Below are positions 13,801 to 24,669 of a DNA stretch of 64,000 nt, one piece after another. The first letter of the stretch is position 1; the number at the start of each line of letters is the position of its first letter. The position numbers were made by a program, and so were the translations under genes. The notes beneath the pieces are model-generated. The model had not been told where the DNA came from. It worked only from the letters and a program-made list of their open reading frames with translations, and ran no database searches. Origin of the DNA: Siniperca chuatsi (taxonomy: Eukaryota); the NCBI RefSeq assembly GCF_020085105.1, contig NC_058054.1, forward strand, positions 6,867,595-6,931,594. Direction: 5' to 3'.

Positions 13801-16800
13801 CGGAGCAGAATAATAGCATAAACTAGGGCACACAGTAGCTACGTGTCTTTGCTGTTGATGCTCCTCGTCTTCATCTATCTGGAGTTTAGATTAATGGATT
13901 TCTGTTGCTCTATTGTGCAATCATATTCAAAGATTTTACATTTTCTACAATAAGCTGATGTTCTCATCCAGAGCAAGCTTCATTGAGAACAACTGGTGCA
14001 AGACATTTCCTGGACCAACACTAGAAGCAGCTGGTGAAAAGTTACGCAATGGTTAAAGCCACAGTGGTCAGATTGTATGTTGTGTCCCTTGAATATCAAT
14101 GTATGATAGAAGGATGCTTGGTAATAGGTTTGATTATGAATAGAAATACGGTTCAGTACCTGTGTATCTGATAGAAAGGATGTGGCCTGATTGATCGGTC
14201 ATCAGCTGTTCCAACGTAAACCTGAAGGGAGAGCGGCTTCCTCTCTGTGTATCCACAAAGCTGTACGAGAGACACAGTGTGAGGGACAAAATCAAACTGT
14301 GATGAGGCCAACAGCAGTGAGCCACAACACGTGTCCTAAGACTTTGTTCCAGTATTAAGAAAAAACACCATTCAAACAAAATGTCTACTTCAGCTTCAAA
14401 AGAAATTACATTTAATATAAGGACAGTCAGAGCTGTTAAAATAATCTCATTATAAAAGCAACTAGATTATGAGTATGCAGGATTGTGCAGCATTTCTAGG
14501 CACGAAGTTGGTTGGGAAGAGCTGTTCTACCAAATCAGTATTGTCACAACTTTCAGCAGCTGCTGAAATCTGCAGGTTTGCATATCACCTTGACAACAGG
14601 ATGTCCTGTTGGTGCAGCCTTGACGGCTCCTCTGCTCCCCTCTGTCTCATAGTGGGCTCTGTGGTGTGGACGGGGCTGCACCTCAATACGCAGTTCGTAC
14701 TGGTCAAACTGGGACGGCAGCGGCCAGTCGAGTGGCGGCAGGGCATTAGACCTACGCGTAAGTGTATTAGAGCAGGAAAACTGTTTTAGTTGCAGTGAAC
14801 ATGGAGGGAGCACACCAGATGCCAATGAATAACTATTCTGCAGGCTAAATGACGAGAGTTACATATAATTTACACATGCAAACATGTTTAAAACAGACAG
14901 CATGCAGTTAGTGAAAAGTGGGACTTTTGGGGATTTTGTCATCTGGATGAATAAATGTTTATGAATACAGTTAAAATTTTATACGAATCCAGACAGTGCT
15001 GACCCCTTAGCATGTCCACATTTTATTGCTTTTTCATCTTCAACTGCAGGACTTTTCTTTTTTCATTTAACAAAAATCACAAGTGGATTAATGAACTCCA
15101 GTTTATACTATTGATGATATGGCTTCTTTTTTTTTTGCACGAAAAGATATAACCACAGTGACATGCTGCAAGCATATCGCCTGGGAATTGTTGGGTCTCT
15201 GTAACTAATGTTATAAAGGGTACAGTCTAGACCTGATCTATAGGAAAACTGTAATGAGATAACTTCTGTTATGAATATAAATAAAATTGAATTGAACTGA
15301 ATTGTTGTATTGTTACATAGTCCTTAGCTAATGTTGTTAAACCTTGAATAACATTCTTAAAGCGGATATACATTAAAGTGGATATACATTATACTGCACG
15401 TGAGAGCAGGTGGCCTTGCTTAGTCATTTTAAAACACTGAACACAGTCGGTACTGCTAAGTGAACCAGCAACCAGTTAATGCCTGGTCACACCAGAAAAC
15501 AGCACAGCAGAATGTATTGCAAAGTAGATGGTGATATAAGCTTGGAGATGTAGTGACCACTTGGCTAGTTTAATTCTTAGCAAAAAGGATATGAAGAGAA
15601 AAATCTCTTTTTGCTGTTACTTCTCATTTTGCCAAGCAGGGTTATAGAAAATTGAATGGTGCGACACAGCTATTATGACATCTTTTAACAACAACAAGTT
15701 CTGTCTGTTTCCTTAAAGGCCATCATTGTCAGGGTGGTTTTGTTAAAGTTCACCAAAGTTGAACTCTGCACAAGCACTGCACTCAATGTTCCAATGAAAT
15801 GAATTTATTTGAAGTTGTGTTATAAATGCTGGTGCGACCAAGCTCTTGGTTTCATGCCATCTGCTTTTACAAAAAAGTGACACTGTCTCAGCTCAAAACT
15901 GAAACAACTTGTATCACTTTCAGGAGAATAGCAAGCAACATACCCTTTTCCCCCACAATACAATGGAGGTAAACTGGATTTTGTTTATGGTGAAAAATTA
16001 CATTTAAAAGTCAGTATAAACATGTCCTTTTAGAAGAATAATGGAGACACTGTTTCTGGAAAGTCACATTATATTGAATTCTTTAAATGCAATGTTTTTT
16101 ATCTTTGTATGTTATTTTCTAATTTGGGTAACCAGCCCTTTAACACATCTTCAATATTTGTAGCTTCAAACTGTGACTTTTGATTTTGCATATTATCATA
16201 TGTGTGGTGATGTGTATCCTTGCCTGAACAGAGGGCTGTGGGCGCTGGCTCGGGTCCGGCCCCAGGCTAGAGCAGGGGGCACAGAGAGGTAGTCCATGCC
16301 CAGCGAGGGGGGCTCTCTCCTGGTCTGCTGGGTCTCTGGCAGCATGCAGGGGGAGCTGTGGCCCGGAGCCTGCTCCTGGTCCACCTCCCTGGGAGACAAC
16401 TGGAAAACAAAAAGTATGGTTCACCACTTTAGTGCGATGCAAATTTCTTAACTATTTAATATTTTAATCATCTTTCATATGACAAGACAACAAAATTTGA
16501 GAAACACCACGAAACCAAGCCAACGTCTTTACCTGTTCCAATGACGTCTTTCTGGTTTTCTGTGGGATGCTGAGCTCACAGTTGCTGGGTTGAGCTTGTG
16601 ACAGAGTGATGGAGTCTCCACCCTCGAGGTTGCATCCCTGCAGTTCCTCTGAGTAACTGCCCCTCCGTGAAGTACAAGGGGAGGCCAGTGGGGAGTTTCT
16701 GCGCTTTTTACCCCCAGGGGAAGTGGGCCTTGAGGAGGGCGAGAGCCCGAAATTGATTGTGGCCTCGCTCAGCTCCTCCTCCTCTACCAGCAGGGAGTCA

Positions 16801-19800
16801 CAGCTGGAGGCGGGGCTGAGCCAGCCACGGGAGGAGGGGCTGGAGGCGGGGCTGGGGCTGAGGGAGCCAGGGCACCTGTCGCGGTAAGAAAAGGGGTCCA
16901 GCAGGGGGAGGTAGAGGCGCTCTCGGTCCCACCCACTACCACCGCCCATGTCCCAGTAACTGGAAATGGTGGGTGCTGGTTCATCTTCAGGGGAGATGGT
17001 TGTTATCTGGATGCTAGGACACTCGACCACACGAGACTCTGAAACCTGGAGGGAAGATGAGAGCGAGCAAAAGATACCTTTAATTTTCTCAGTTTTGACT
17101 CTCAGTCGATAGAAAATGACAAAAATTGTAATCATTTATCAAGCAAAATGCCAAATATTTGCTTGTTCCAGCCTCTCAAATGTAAGTATTTGCTGGGGGG
17201 GCATAGAGCCACTGCATAACTTGGCAAAGCATTGTTGTTTAGCAGCTGACTCTCAAATATTGGATGGTGGACTTTCAGACAAGAAGCTAAATGCAACAAT
17301 GTAATTGCATTCAGTGTTAATTGTATGTAACACTGACAAAAGACATAAACCAACTAAATGATCACTGTAATGGATTACTTTAAGCAAGTTTCAAGACTTT
17401 GGAAGAGTGTGTTACGAGTGACAGTTCCTGCGACTTTCTCAAAATGTTTAAAGCCTTAGTTTACCTTCATAGAAATGTACATCTAAGATTTAGCTGAGTA
17501 GCTATAATAACTTAAACGTGATGTTAGTGAGTTTGTCATTATATGGAGAAAGTCACTGGTGAGTGAAGGACCCATAGCTGAGCTCACTCCATTGTAATTT
17601 GTAGTTAATGGGGTAGAATATGCAAAAGGTGCAGAATGATCCACAAACTTAGGTTTTTAGGTTGAAACCCTCTGATTATAAACAAGCAGGACTTAACTAA
17701 ACAGGTCGTCTCACCTGTACAGAGCGTGCCGGCAGGCTCTCGTAGGTCCCGCTGAACTCTCTGACGGGGGCCCTCCGTGGTGGCGGAGAATGCATCCCTG
17801 CCCGCTGATTGACCGAGGGTGGTGGGCTGGGGATGCTGATTGAATGTCCCGTGTGAGTGGAAGCCATGTGGTTATCTGTAACTGATAGAAAGAATTATCA
17901 GACTGAATCTGAGGAAACAGGATTTAGAAAATGAGGTGGCTAACATCACAAGTTCAGAGCACAAATTCAATACACTTGAGAGCAATAACAGTATGCTCTT
18001 GTTGACAAAAGTTGATCTTACTTGCTAAATATGCTGATAATCAAATGCCACAAATGTTGTTTACAGTGTGTTCATTTTCCTAATATACACCTTTCCTTCC
18101 ACATGGCAACAATTTATTTTCTGGCTGCTTTCTAGTGAAAAAAATTGTTGTTTTTTTTCTTTTGTTCAAACACACTTTTCTTTTATATCATATGTTTTGT
18201 ATTTTGGGGTCTGTGACCTCCCATTAATCTTTTTCACAACGGCAAAAAAACAGTTAGCTCTCAAAACCTGCTGTTCTTTCACATCTGGCATGAGAAAGAC
18301 TCATTAGATGTCAATCAAACTACTGTAAACACAATTCAAATGAAACAAAGATTCATTTTCTATCATCAACATGCCTTCATCATTCATTACACATCAGTTC
18401 TCCTTCATTTACTGATCTGTAATTGTCACCATATGGAAAATGCATGCAACTGGAACTTAGAGTTAATGTCTTTGAAACAGGTGCAGCATTTTTGTCACTT
18501 ACAATATAAAGGAGTGGTTCGACATTTTGGGAAATACGATTATTCACTTTCTTGCTGAGAGTTAGATGTTCATATTGATACCACTCTCATGTCTGTAAGG
18601 TAAATATGAAGCTGGAGCCAAGAGATGGTTAGCTTAGCTTAGCATAAAGACTGGAAACAGGGGGAAACAGCTAGCCTGGCTCTGTCGAAAGGTACAAAAG
18701 CAAGTTGTAAAAATCACACGTTGTTGTTTTAGGGGTGGTTATGTGCCAGGCTAGCTGTTTCCCCCTGTATGCTAAGCTAAACTAACTAGCTGCTGGCAGT
18801 AGCGTAATATTCAGAGTACAGACATGAGAGTGGTATCAATCTTCTCATCTCACTCTCTTCAGGAAAGCGAATAGGCGTATATCCCAAAATGTCTAACCTT
18901 TAAATTAAATATGTTTATATTGAATGATATGAATACTAACTTTGTTTATATTGTTATTCTTTGGTGTTAGTCTTTGTATTGTTGTTAAACTATGTGAGGT
19001 AGGATTTGGTTTTATATTCCATAATCTCACACAGTCATATGGCAACAATTTCCTAAACAGCTTTTTAAACTCTACTTTGAGTGTGAAGAAGTATTTCAAT
19101 ACATTTTTTCCATGTATTATAGTCACAAATAGTGCAGTAAAGTGTGAAGTGGGAATTGTAACCAAATCATGAAGTTTACTTTTGGCTCACTGATCCAAAT
19201 CTTACACTGCTAAGAATCACAAACCCAACTCTGCTGCTAATCTTGACAGTCATGAAGCTAATTTGGGACTTTTCTACATCTCCTTTTTAAAAATTTTTAA
19301 AAAAACATTCTCAACAAAAGTCTTTGGACTTTGCCAAACAATCATCCGAATGAGGACACTACCCCTCAAGGCCAAGGTCCCTGCCACAACATTTCCCCAG
19401 CGTGGTGTGGTTGGCCTCCTCATGGAGCCAAACGGTAGTTACCCTGTAATGAGCAAGGCTCCAACTGATCATTGGTGCGCTGCAGTGGCGACGGGCCATA
19501 CAGGCAATTTTTGGGCAACACGGACACACAACAGCAACTGCCAACAAATTAAGACTCGGGGTGAAAAATCTCTGCAAATGTTTCCTGGCAACATAAATAT
19601 TTCCAAGTGATTAAAGCTACAGTGCTGAGGCAACTCTTCTGCTGGTGGATTTTTCACATGAAACAATGATTTAGATGTTTGTGTTCAGACCAGCAGAGGA
19701 GTTTATGGGCCACGGAAACGTACCAAACACTTATTGAAGACAATAAAGCTAAACTCAACTCTAACAGGTTTAATTTACTGTAATATTTTATTCTGTGTCC

Positions 19801-21530
19801 TGAGTTGAACCTCTCACAAAAAGTGATGTTTAGATCAGTGGTTCCCAACCTGTGGATCAGGAACCCCACATGGGGTTGCATGACGATTAACATGTACAGA
19901 CCAGCAGAAGATTTTATTTCTAACTAAAGTTACCTAACAGTTATTGTACACGATCAGTTTGTCACTTTCTTTTGGGAAAACACATCTAAAGTGTAACAGA
20001 TCTAAAATCATATGGCTGCATCAGCTATTCATAAATCCTTCACTAAGTTTGTGTATAAAGTCCTTCCTAAACTCTTAGTAGCTACTAGCTAGTTTCAAAC
20101 TGGTGATTTACTAAATCGGGTTGCACCAGTAAAACTTAAGAAATGTCCTAGTAAAGACTTTAGTAATGTGTAAATTGATTGCTAGGAAACATCTGTAGCA
20201 CTGTCCAATCAAAAGCAACCAACTATGTAAACAGAAAGTTACTGCAGCATCACGAGCTGTGATATAACCTTCAAAAATAACATGTTTAGGAGGCCAAATG
20301 ATTAAATATAACTGCTAATGCATTCATGTAGAAATCTGTGTTAAGAGTGGGAAATATCCAGTTAAGCTAACCTAACCAACAGTGTTTGATCATTTAGTCT
20401 ATATTATTAACATAATGTTTTGTAATTTGAGGCATATTGTGTTTTTGTGAAATGTAATTTAAAAGTGTTCTCAGTTGACATTATTATTAGAAGGCATTTT
20501 GAAGAGGTCGCGAGATGAATCTGAGGCATCGTGAGATGATTAACAGGATAGGAAAGCGAAAAAAAGACACATTTCTTCTACACAGTCGTGTCTATTTTGT
20601 CAGACGTTCCTCTAGACATTGTTTATATTTTCTTGTAAATGAATAGCAAATTTTACTTCGTCATGGTTCTTAAAACTATTTATTGAACGATCAAAATGTT
20701 TGCGCTCAGACCAACAGAAGAGTTTATTGCTACCAAAAATTTCAGGTCTATTATACTATTATACTTTATTCCGCATCCTGAGTTGAACGTCTAACAAAAA
20801 GCGATGTTTAAAAAAAGCAAGAAAATACTTTTTTTCTGCGACACAAAACTGTGTTGTTGTTTTTTTTTCAGACTTTGCTCTGATTGTTGCTTTTTCTTGT
20901 AAATGAATGGTGAATTTAACTCTTTAAGCTCTCCTCTTAAAACTATTTAAAATTATTCCAATGAGTTCCATCCAGCGAGATATACAGACTTTAAATTTGG
21001 GGTAAATAGAGCACTAGTACTGGACTGGTGCTCTGTATCCACAGATAGCCTGATTTGAGTTATCGTATCAGAAAAGAAAAAGTGGCATCAGTACAGCCCA
21101 ACATTTGACCTCTTCAGGCATCTAAAAGTTATTCAAATAAATAAAAAAGTAAATCACTGTTTGGTTGAACTTGCCACAACTCGTATACACATCGAACCAA
21201 TGACCAGGGGTGACAAGTCGACACTGCTTTGTTTTAAGGGGTCACAAGTCAAAGACTTTGTGTGCCACTGGTTTGCATGTTATATCAATAGATAAGGAGA
21301 GCTGAGGACATAAACGTGAATTCCAGGAGTGACACCAAAGTGTCAGGAGAGCTCACAAAACACTTCTGCGAAGGTATATGCTCTGAAAAGTAAAAACTCA
21401 TCACCTAGAGTGAAGAATTGCTCTCTTGTTTCTCCTGCAGTTCACTTTCATGCCTTGGGTGTGGTAATACAACTGTATGCCAGTGTGGGCGGGAAACAAA
21501 TGAGAGAGTGGATCTGAGGATAGGAGGTGA

Positions 21531-21561
<31 letters not shown>

Positions 21562-22287
21562 GAGTGAAAAATGGGGGAGATGGAGGTTGAGTGAAAGAGG
21601 GAGGGAGGTGTGTATGTGGTGCTTGTTCAGTACACAGAGGTTGAGGTTCCTTCCCAGATGGCAGCTGTTAACTCTACTCACACGCACAGCTGATTAGAAA
21701 CACATTGAGTCTGGGGCTGCATGCACAAACACACACATGCACACACGCAAATGCCCTCACAAACAGGAATACAGTATGCACACATATGCACACAACACAC
21801 AAAACAAACACACAATAACAATATACTCATGCTCAAATGCTTACAGATAGAGGCACGCATATACATCACATGCAAGTTCAAACACACACACGAACACACA
21901 CACACAAACACACTTCATATAAGCACAGGCATGCAGATGAAGGCCCTCATTACAGCATATGCACATGCAGCTACACACACACACACACACACACACACAG
22001 AAGTTCCCATGCATTAGATATCACACTGTCAGGCCACTCTCCTCCTCTGTCCCTTTACTTCAACACATTCAGCTATCCAATAAATGACTCTAACCCAGGC
22101 TGCTGCTGCTGGAAGAGTCCAGGTGCAGCGGGGCGCCCTCACTCTCCTCCCCGGGAACGGAGCTCTCTGGCTCGGCTGTGCGCACCGGGGATGGCCCCTG
22201 GCTCTGCCGCGGCGGCGGGTCCTCCTCAAACACCAACTTGAACTCGAACTCGCCCTCCTCCCATCCCGAGCCCGGCGCGGCCCCCAT
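7829..22287 (-). CDS. nfatc4: nfatc4 (nuclear factor of activated T-cells, cytoplasmic 4). Gene-level span of a 13-exon CDS totalling 2667 nt (888 aa). ATG at 22287, stop TGA at 7829-7831.
   Basis: The exon translations align with human NFATC4 from N-terminus to C-terminus: [112 protein letters not shown], and a Pro/Ser-rich C-terminal exon. All splice phases are consistent and the total length is divisible by 3. Confidence 0.9.
9234..9956 (-). CDS. nfatc4: nfatc4 exon 12 (723 nt), the Pro/Ser-rich C-terminal transactivation region: MFKEDDPLL...[11 protein letters not shown].
   Basis: ORF track 9187..9954 minus. Acceptor cctcacag, donor G|gtgagt. Aligns with human VICKEEPLPDSS...DSVPIQGITLEE. 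Confidence 0.85.
10751..10877 (-). CDS. nfatc4: nfatc4 exon 11: [42 protein letters not shown].
   Basis: Acceptor cattatag, donor A|gtgagt. Human VTLTLTVPEYSNKRVSRPVQVYFYVSNGRRKRSPTQSFRFLP. Confidence 0.85.
11024..11079 (-). CDS. nfatc4: nfatc4 exon 10 (56 nt): (D)[18 protein letters not shown].
   Basis: Acceptor ctattag, donor gtaatt. Human [20 protein letters not shown]. Confidence 0.8.
12201..12341 (-). CDS. nfatc4: nfatc4 exon 9: (S)[46 protein letters not shown].
   Basis: Acceptor cctgcctcag, donor G|gtaaag. Human [47 protein letters not shown]. Confidence 0.85.
12573..12760 (-). CDS. nfatc4: nfatc4 exon 8 (Rel-homology domain): [39 protein letters not shown]...ASVPIEC.
   Basis: Acceptor gccgtag, donor T|gtgagt. 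Near-identical to the human RHD. Confidence 0.9.
13004..13105 (-). CDS. nfatc4: nfatc4 exon 7: (R)[33 protein letters not shown].
   Basis: Acceptor tctcag, donor CT|gtgagt. Human [34 protein letters not shown]. Confidence 0.85.
13561..13615. repeat. (TA)n / TATACA-type microsatellite.
   Basis: atatatatacatatatacatatatatatataaatatatataaattatat. Confidence 0.8.
14160..14260 (-). CDS. nfatc4: nfatc4 exon 6: [33 protein letters not shown].
   Basis: Acceptor tcgtacag, donor AG|gtactg. Human [32 protein letters not shown]. Confidence 0.85.
14589..14751 (-). CDS. nfatc4: nfatc4 exon 5: [54 protein letters not shown].
   Basis: ORF track 14553..14825 minus. Acceptor cgcgtag, donor AAG|gtgata. Near-identical to the human RHD N-terminus. 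Confidence 0.9.
16224..16399 (-). CDS. nfatc4: nfatc4 exon 4: [59 protein letters not shown]. It ends at a GC donor (CAG|gcaagg).
   Basis: ORF track 16196..16399 minus. Acceptor ttttccag. The only in-frame junction to exon 5 uses GC at 16223-16222, because the downstream GT lies after an in-frame stop. Confidence 0.8.
16533..17045 (-). CDS. nfatc4: nfatc4 exon 3 (513 nt), regulatory domain: [22 protein letters not shown]...SPSPASSP...[18 protein letters not shown]...[13 protein letters not shown].
   Basis: ORF track 16464..17135 minus. Acceptor tccctccag, donor CAG|gtaaag. Human VLECPSIRITSISPTPE...SIPQKTRRTSSEQ. SP-repeat and serine-rich motifs are present. Confidence 0.85.
17715..17875 (-). 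CDS. nfatc4: nfatc4 exon 2: (N)[53 protein letters not shown].
   Basis: Acceptor ttacag, donor CAG|gtgaga. Human [35 protein letters not shown]. Confidence 0.75.
18565..18845. mobile_element. MITE-like non-autonomous element with ~21-bp terminal inverted repeats (gataccactctcatgtctgta ... tacagacatgagagtggtatc).
   Basis: Perfect inverted termini are seen. The internal gctagctgtttccc / atgctaagctaa motifs recur at 3480-3600. Confidence 0.6.
19676..19840. repeat. Dispersed/local repeat copy A (cagaccagcagaggagtttat...cctgagttgaacctctcacaaaaagtgatgttta).
   Basis: A homologous copy lies at 20701-20815, with a short fragment at 19885-19915. Confidence 0.55.
20701..20815. repeat. Repeat copy B of 19676-19840. 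The adjacent ~90-bp units at 20606-20690 and 20870-20960 (cttgtaaatgaat..gaattt..cttaaaactattta) are also duplicated.
   Basis: Direct sequence similarity to the named copies. Confidence 0.55.
21525..21575. repeat. (GT)n microsatellite.
   Basis: gtgtgtgtgtgtttgtgtgtgtgtgtgtgtgg. Confidence 0.9.
21720..22012. repeat. Interrupted (CA)n-rich low-complexity block within nfatc4 intron 1.
   Basis: Repeated acacacacgca/cacacaaaca strings. It produces spurious 'HTHTHT' ORFs on the track. Confidence 0.85.
22143..22287 (-). CDS. nfatc4: nfatc4 exon 1 (coding part): [48 protein letters not shown].
   Basis: ORF track 22090..22287 minus. Human MGAASCEDEELEFKLVFGEE. Donor A|gtgagg is phase-compatible with exon 2. 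Lies in a GC-rich block. Confidence 0.75.
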
Positions 22288-22700
22288 CGACCTACGGCAG
22301 CAAGGACAGGATACAGATAGACTGATACAATCTTATCTCCCTGAGTCGGATACAGCGACTTTCCTTGGTGAGCCTCGAAAAAGAGAGTTTCTCGGAGATA
22401 TTCTCAAAACTTTTGTCCTTCTCCTATGTGCGTGTCATTGCGCAAATATCCCTGCTCTTGGAAGGTTTGGATGTAACTTCAGCAACTTTTCCACGCTGTT
22501 TCCACACGATGAGGACTGCGTCTTGCTCGGATATTTGCAACTTTTTCAGCCTTGATGCCTTGCGGTCCAAATCAAATCTTAACTCAGGATATCTCAAAGT
22601 CTTTTCCGAAACATATCTCCCAGATACAGTCGGGTCTTTCATTCTAGCTCCATCGCCATCCCCATAACTTCTTCTCCCTTCAAGACAGAGAGAGGAGAGA
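22143..22700 (-). promoter_or_regulatory. nfatc4: GC/CpG-rich nfatc4 5' exon plus putative 5' UTR and core promoter region.
   Basis: Dense CG dinucleotides at 22100-22300 (gcgcaccggggatggcccctggctctgccgcggcggcgggtcc) surround the conserved ATG at 22287. The transcription start site is not determinable from sequence. Confidence 0.4.
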
Positions 22701-23249
22701 AAAAAAGTTTAGCAAATATTTTTGTCGTCCTTTACCCTTAATTGCCTTTGGGTGGGTTTCCCAGCACCAGTTGGTCCGTTACTCATTCCCCATAGGACCT
22801 TGAGCCTGTCAGTCATGAATCCCCCCTGCCCAGCCTCCAGCCTCCCTCTTCTCCCCCTTCCTCACTCACTCTGGAGGTTTCTCTTTTAGTCAGACTCACT
22901 TCACATTTACTCAATACACCAACACATATTTTAAAACCCTGCAAATATGGCTTTTCTTTACAACTTAACCTACATCTTATTTCCCATCATCCACACATCA
23001 TTTTCCCACTAGAATTAAGTTTATCTCCATGTCATCCTCAGCATCAATAACCATTTCACACATTGAAGTCCAAAACAATATGATTATTATTCCAATCATG
23101 AGCAGGACTCATGGCAAACGGCTCACTGTCTCCAAAACCTGCCATTGTGGGCCGGCTGCACGGCCACCAGGGCTGTGATGTTAGTGATGTCAGTTAGTGA
23201 ACATAAGAGGGCCTATTTCCTGTGGCGATGAACACGACAGCCCCCCTTT

Positions 23250-23570
23250 TTTGGCTGTCACTCTTCCCTCTCCTCCCCCTTTCTTCTTCTGTTTTTTAAA
23301 CCCCACTCCTCCTTCCTCTCTTCTCCCCACCAACTCCTCCTCGTGCCTCCTTCTCTCGAGTCTCCCCTCCCTCCCCTTCTTCTCCACCAAAGATCTGTTT
23401 CTCATTATCCTCTGTAGTCTGCTCTCTGTCTGAGTCAGGAGACGAAAAACTTAAATAAACACACTCTCTCTGGCTCTCTCTGCCTCAGCCCTGCTCCTTA
23501 TCCCCCTCCTCCCTCTCTCTCTGTCTCTTCCCTCTGTCCTCCTTCCTCGCCTTCCTCCGATTCTCACAAT
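23250..23570. repeat. Long polypyrimidine (CT/CCT-rich) tract, purine-rich on the nfatc4 strand.
   Basis: ctcttccctctcctccccctttcttcttctg...ctctctctggctctctctgcctc...cctctgtcctccttcctcgccttcctcc. Confidence 0.8.
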
Positions 23571-24669
23571 CATTAGGCGCATGTTATACTGGCGTGTAAC
23601 TGGGGGCTTGTTTCACTCTCCCTGTCATCCTCTTGGGGTTGTGTGGGCAGGCCTTGGATCCTGGACTGATCTCAAGATGTTGCAGTATGGTCGGGGAGAG
23701 AAAAAAAGTGCTACCAGCAGGGCCGACTCAAGACTTTTTGGGGCCCGAGGCAGAATCTGATAACCCAAACCCCTAACAAGTCCCCATATGGCACCATTGG
23801 GCACTATAACAAAATGAAGGAGTGCATACATTTCCTAAACACCAGTGGTAAAACATGAATCCGAAGAGAGTTCAATTTGTTTTTTGAGTCTTCAGTTTGG
23901 GGGTCCCGTGGTGGCTGAGGGCTCCAAAGCGGCTATTCATTTTGCTGCTGGCTACGTCTAATACCTACCTGTCTACAGTAGGTCCACACTAAGCTGGACA
24001 GAAACTACAGGTATCACTGAGAAAATGAAATACCATCCAGAAGGACTTATCAGACACCAAAACACTGCACATCAGTGTATAATAACTATGAGAATAAATA
24101 TGCACTTTAACTTATATATAATACTTATATATTTGCATCTTTGAAATGCTATTTTTTATATTGCTCTTTTCTGATCTTTATTTTTATATTTTACTCTTAT
24201 TCTAATTATTATTGCACATTAGCCTATTAGCACATGCTCTTGAGTGTACCACCCCAGCACATTTGTACTTTACTTCAGTATTTCCATTTTCTGTTACTTT
24301 ATACTATCGATTGATTATAAAAATGTCCTCGTCCACACTAAAATGTAAGGCTGGCATTTTCAGATTCATCCACTCTGTTTTCTAAATGTTTTTGGGTGTG
24401 AAGAACGGCGGTTTAGTGTGGATGGGAGGCCTAAATGTAGAATAAAAGATGCATTTTCAACGTCAAGGTTCAAGGTCAAGTTTTAGCTTTACTGTCATTA
24501 TACAATACAGGATTACACAATGAAATGCAGTTGTAGCCCCCTCCACGCATCACACAGAAGATGTATATTCAAATATTTTAAATTGGAATAGAATAAAACA
24601 ATAAAATAGAACAAAGTATATAAAAGTAGCTCAAAAGGAAAACTAAATAATGCACAAGGAAGATATACA

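Noticed and set aside
19263-19610. 115-aa plus-strand ORF (…[42 protein letters not shown]…).
   Set aside because: No flanking splice signals, no recognisable domain, and it sits in a repeat-dense interval. Probably a TE-derived fragment or chance ORF.
21721-22241. Plus-strand ORFs of 98 and 134 aa full of HTHTHT repeats.
   Set aside because: They are translations of the (CA)n microsatellite. The second also runs antisense through nfatc4 exon 1.
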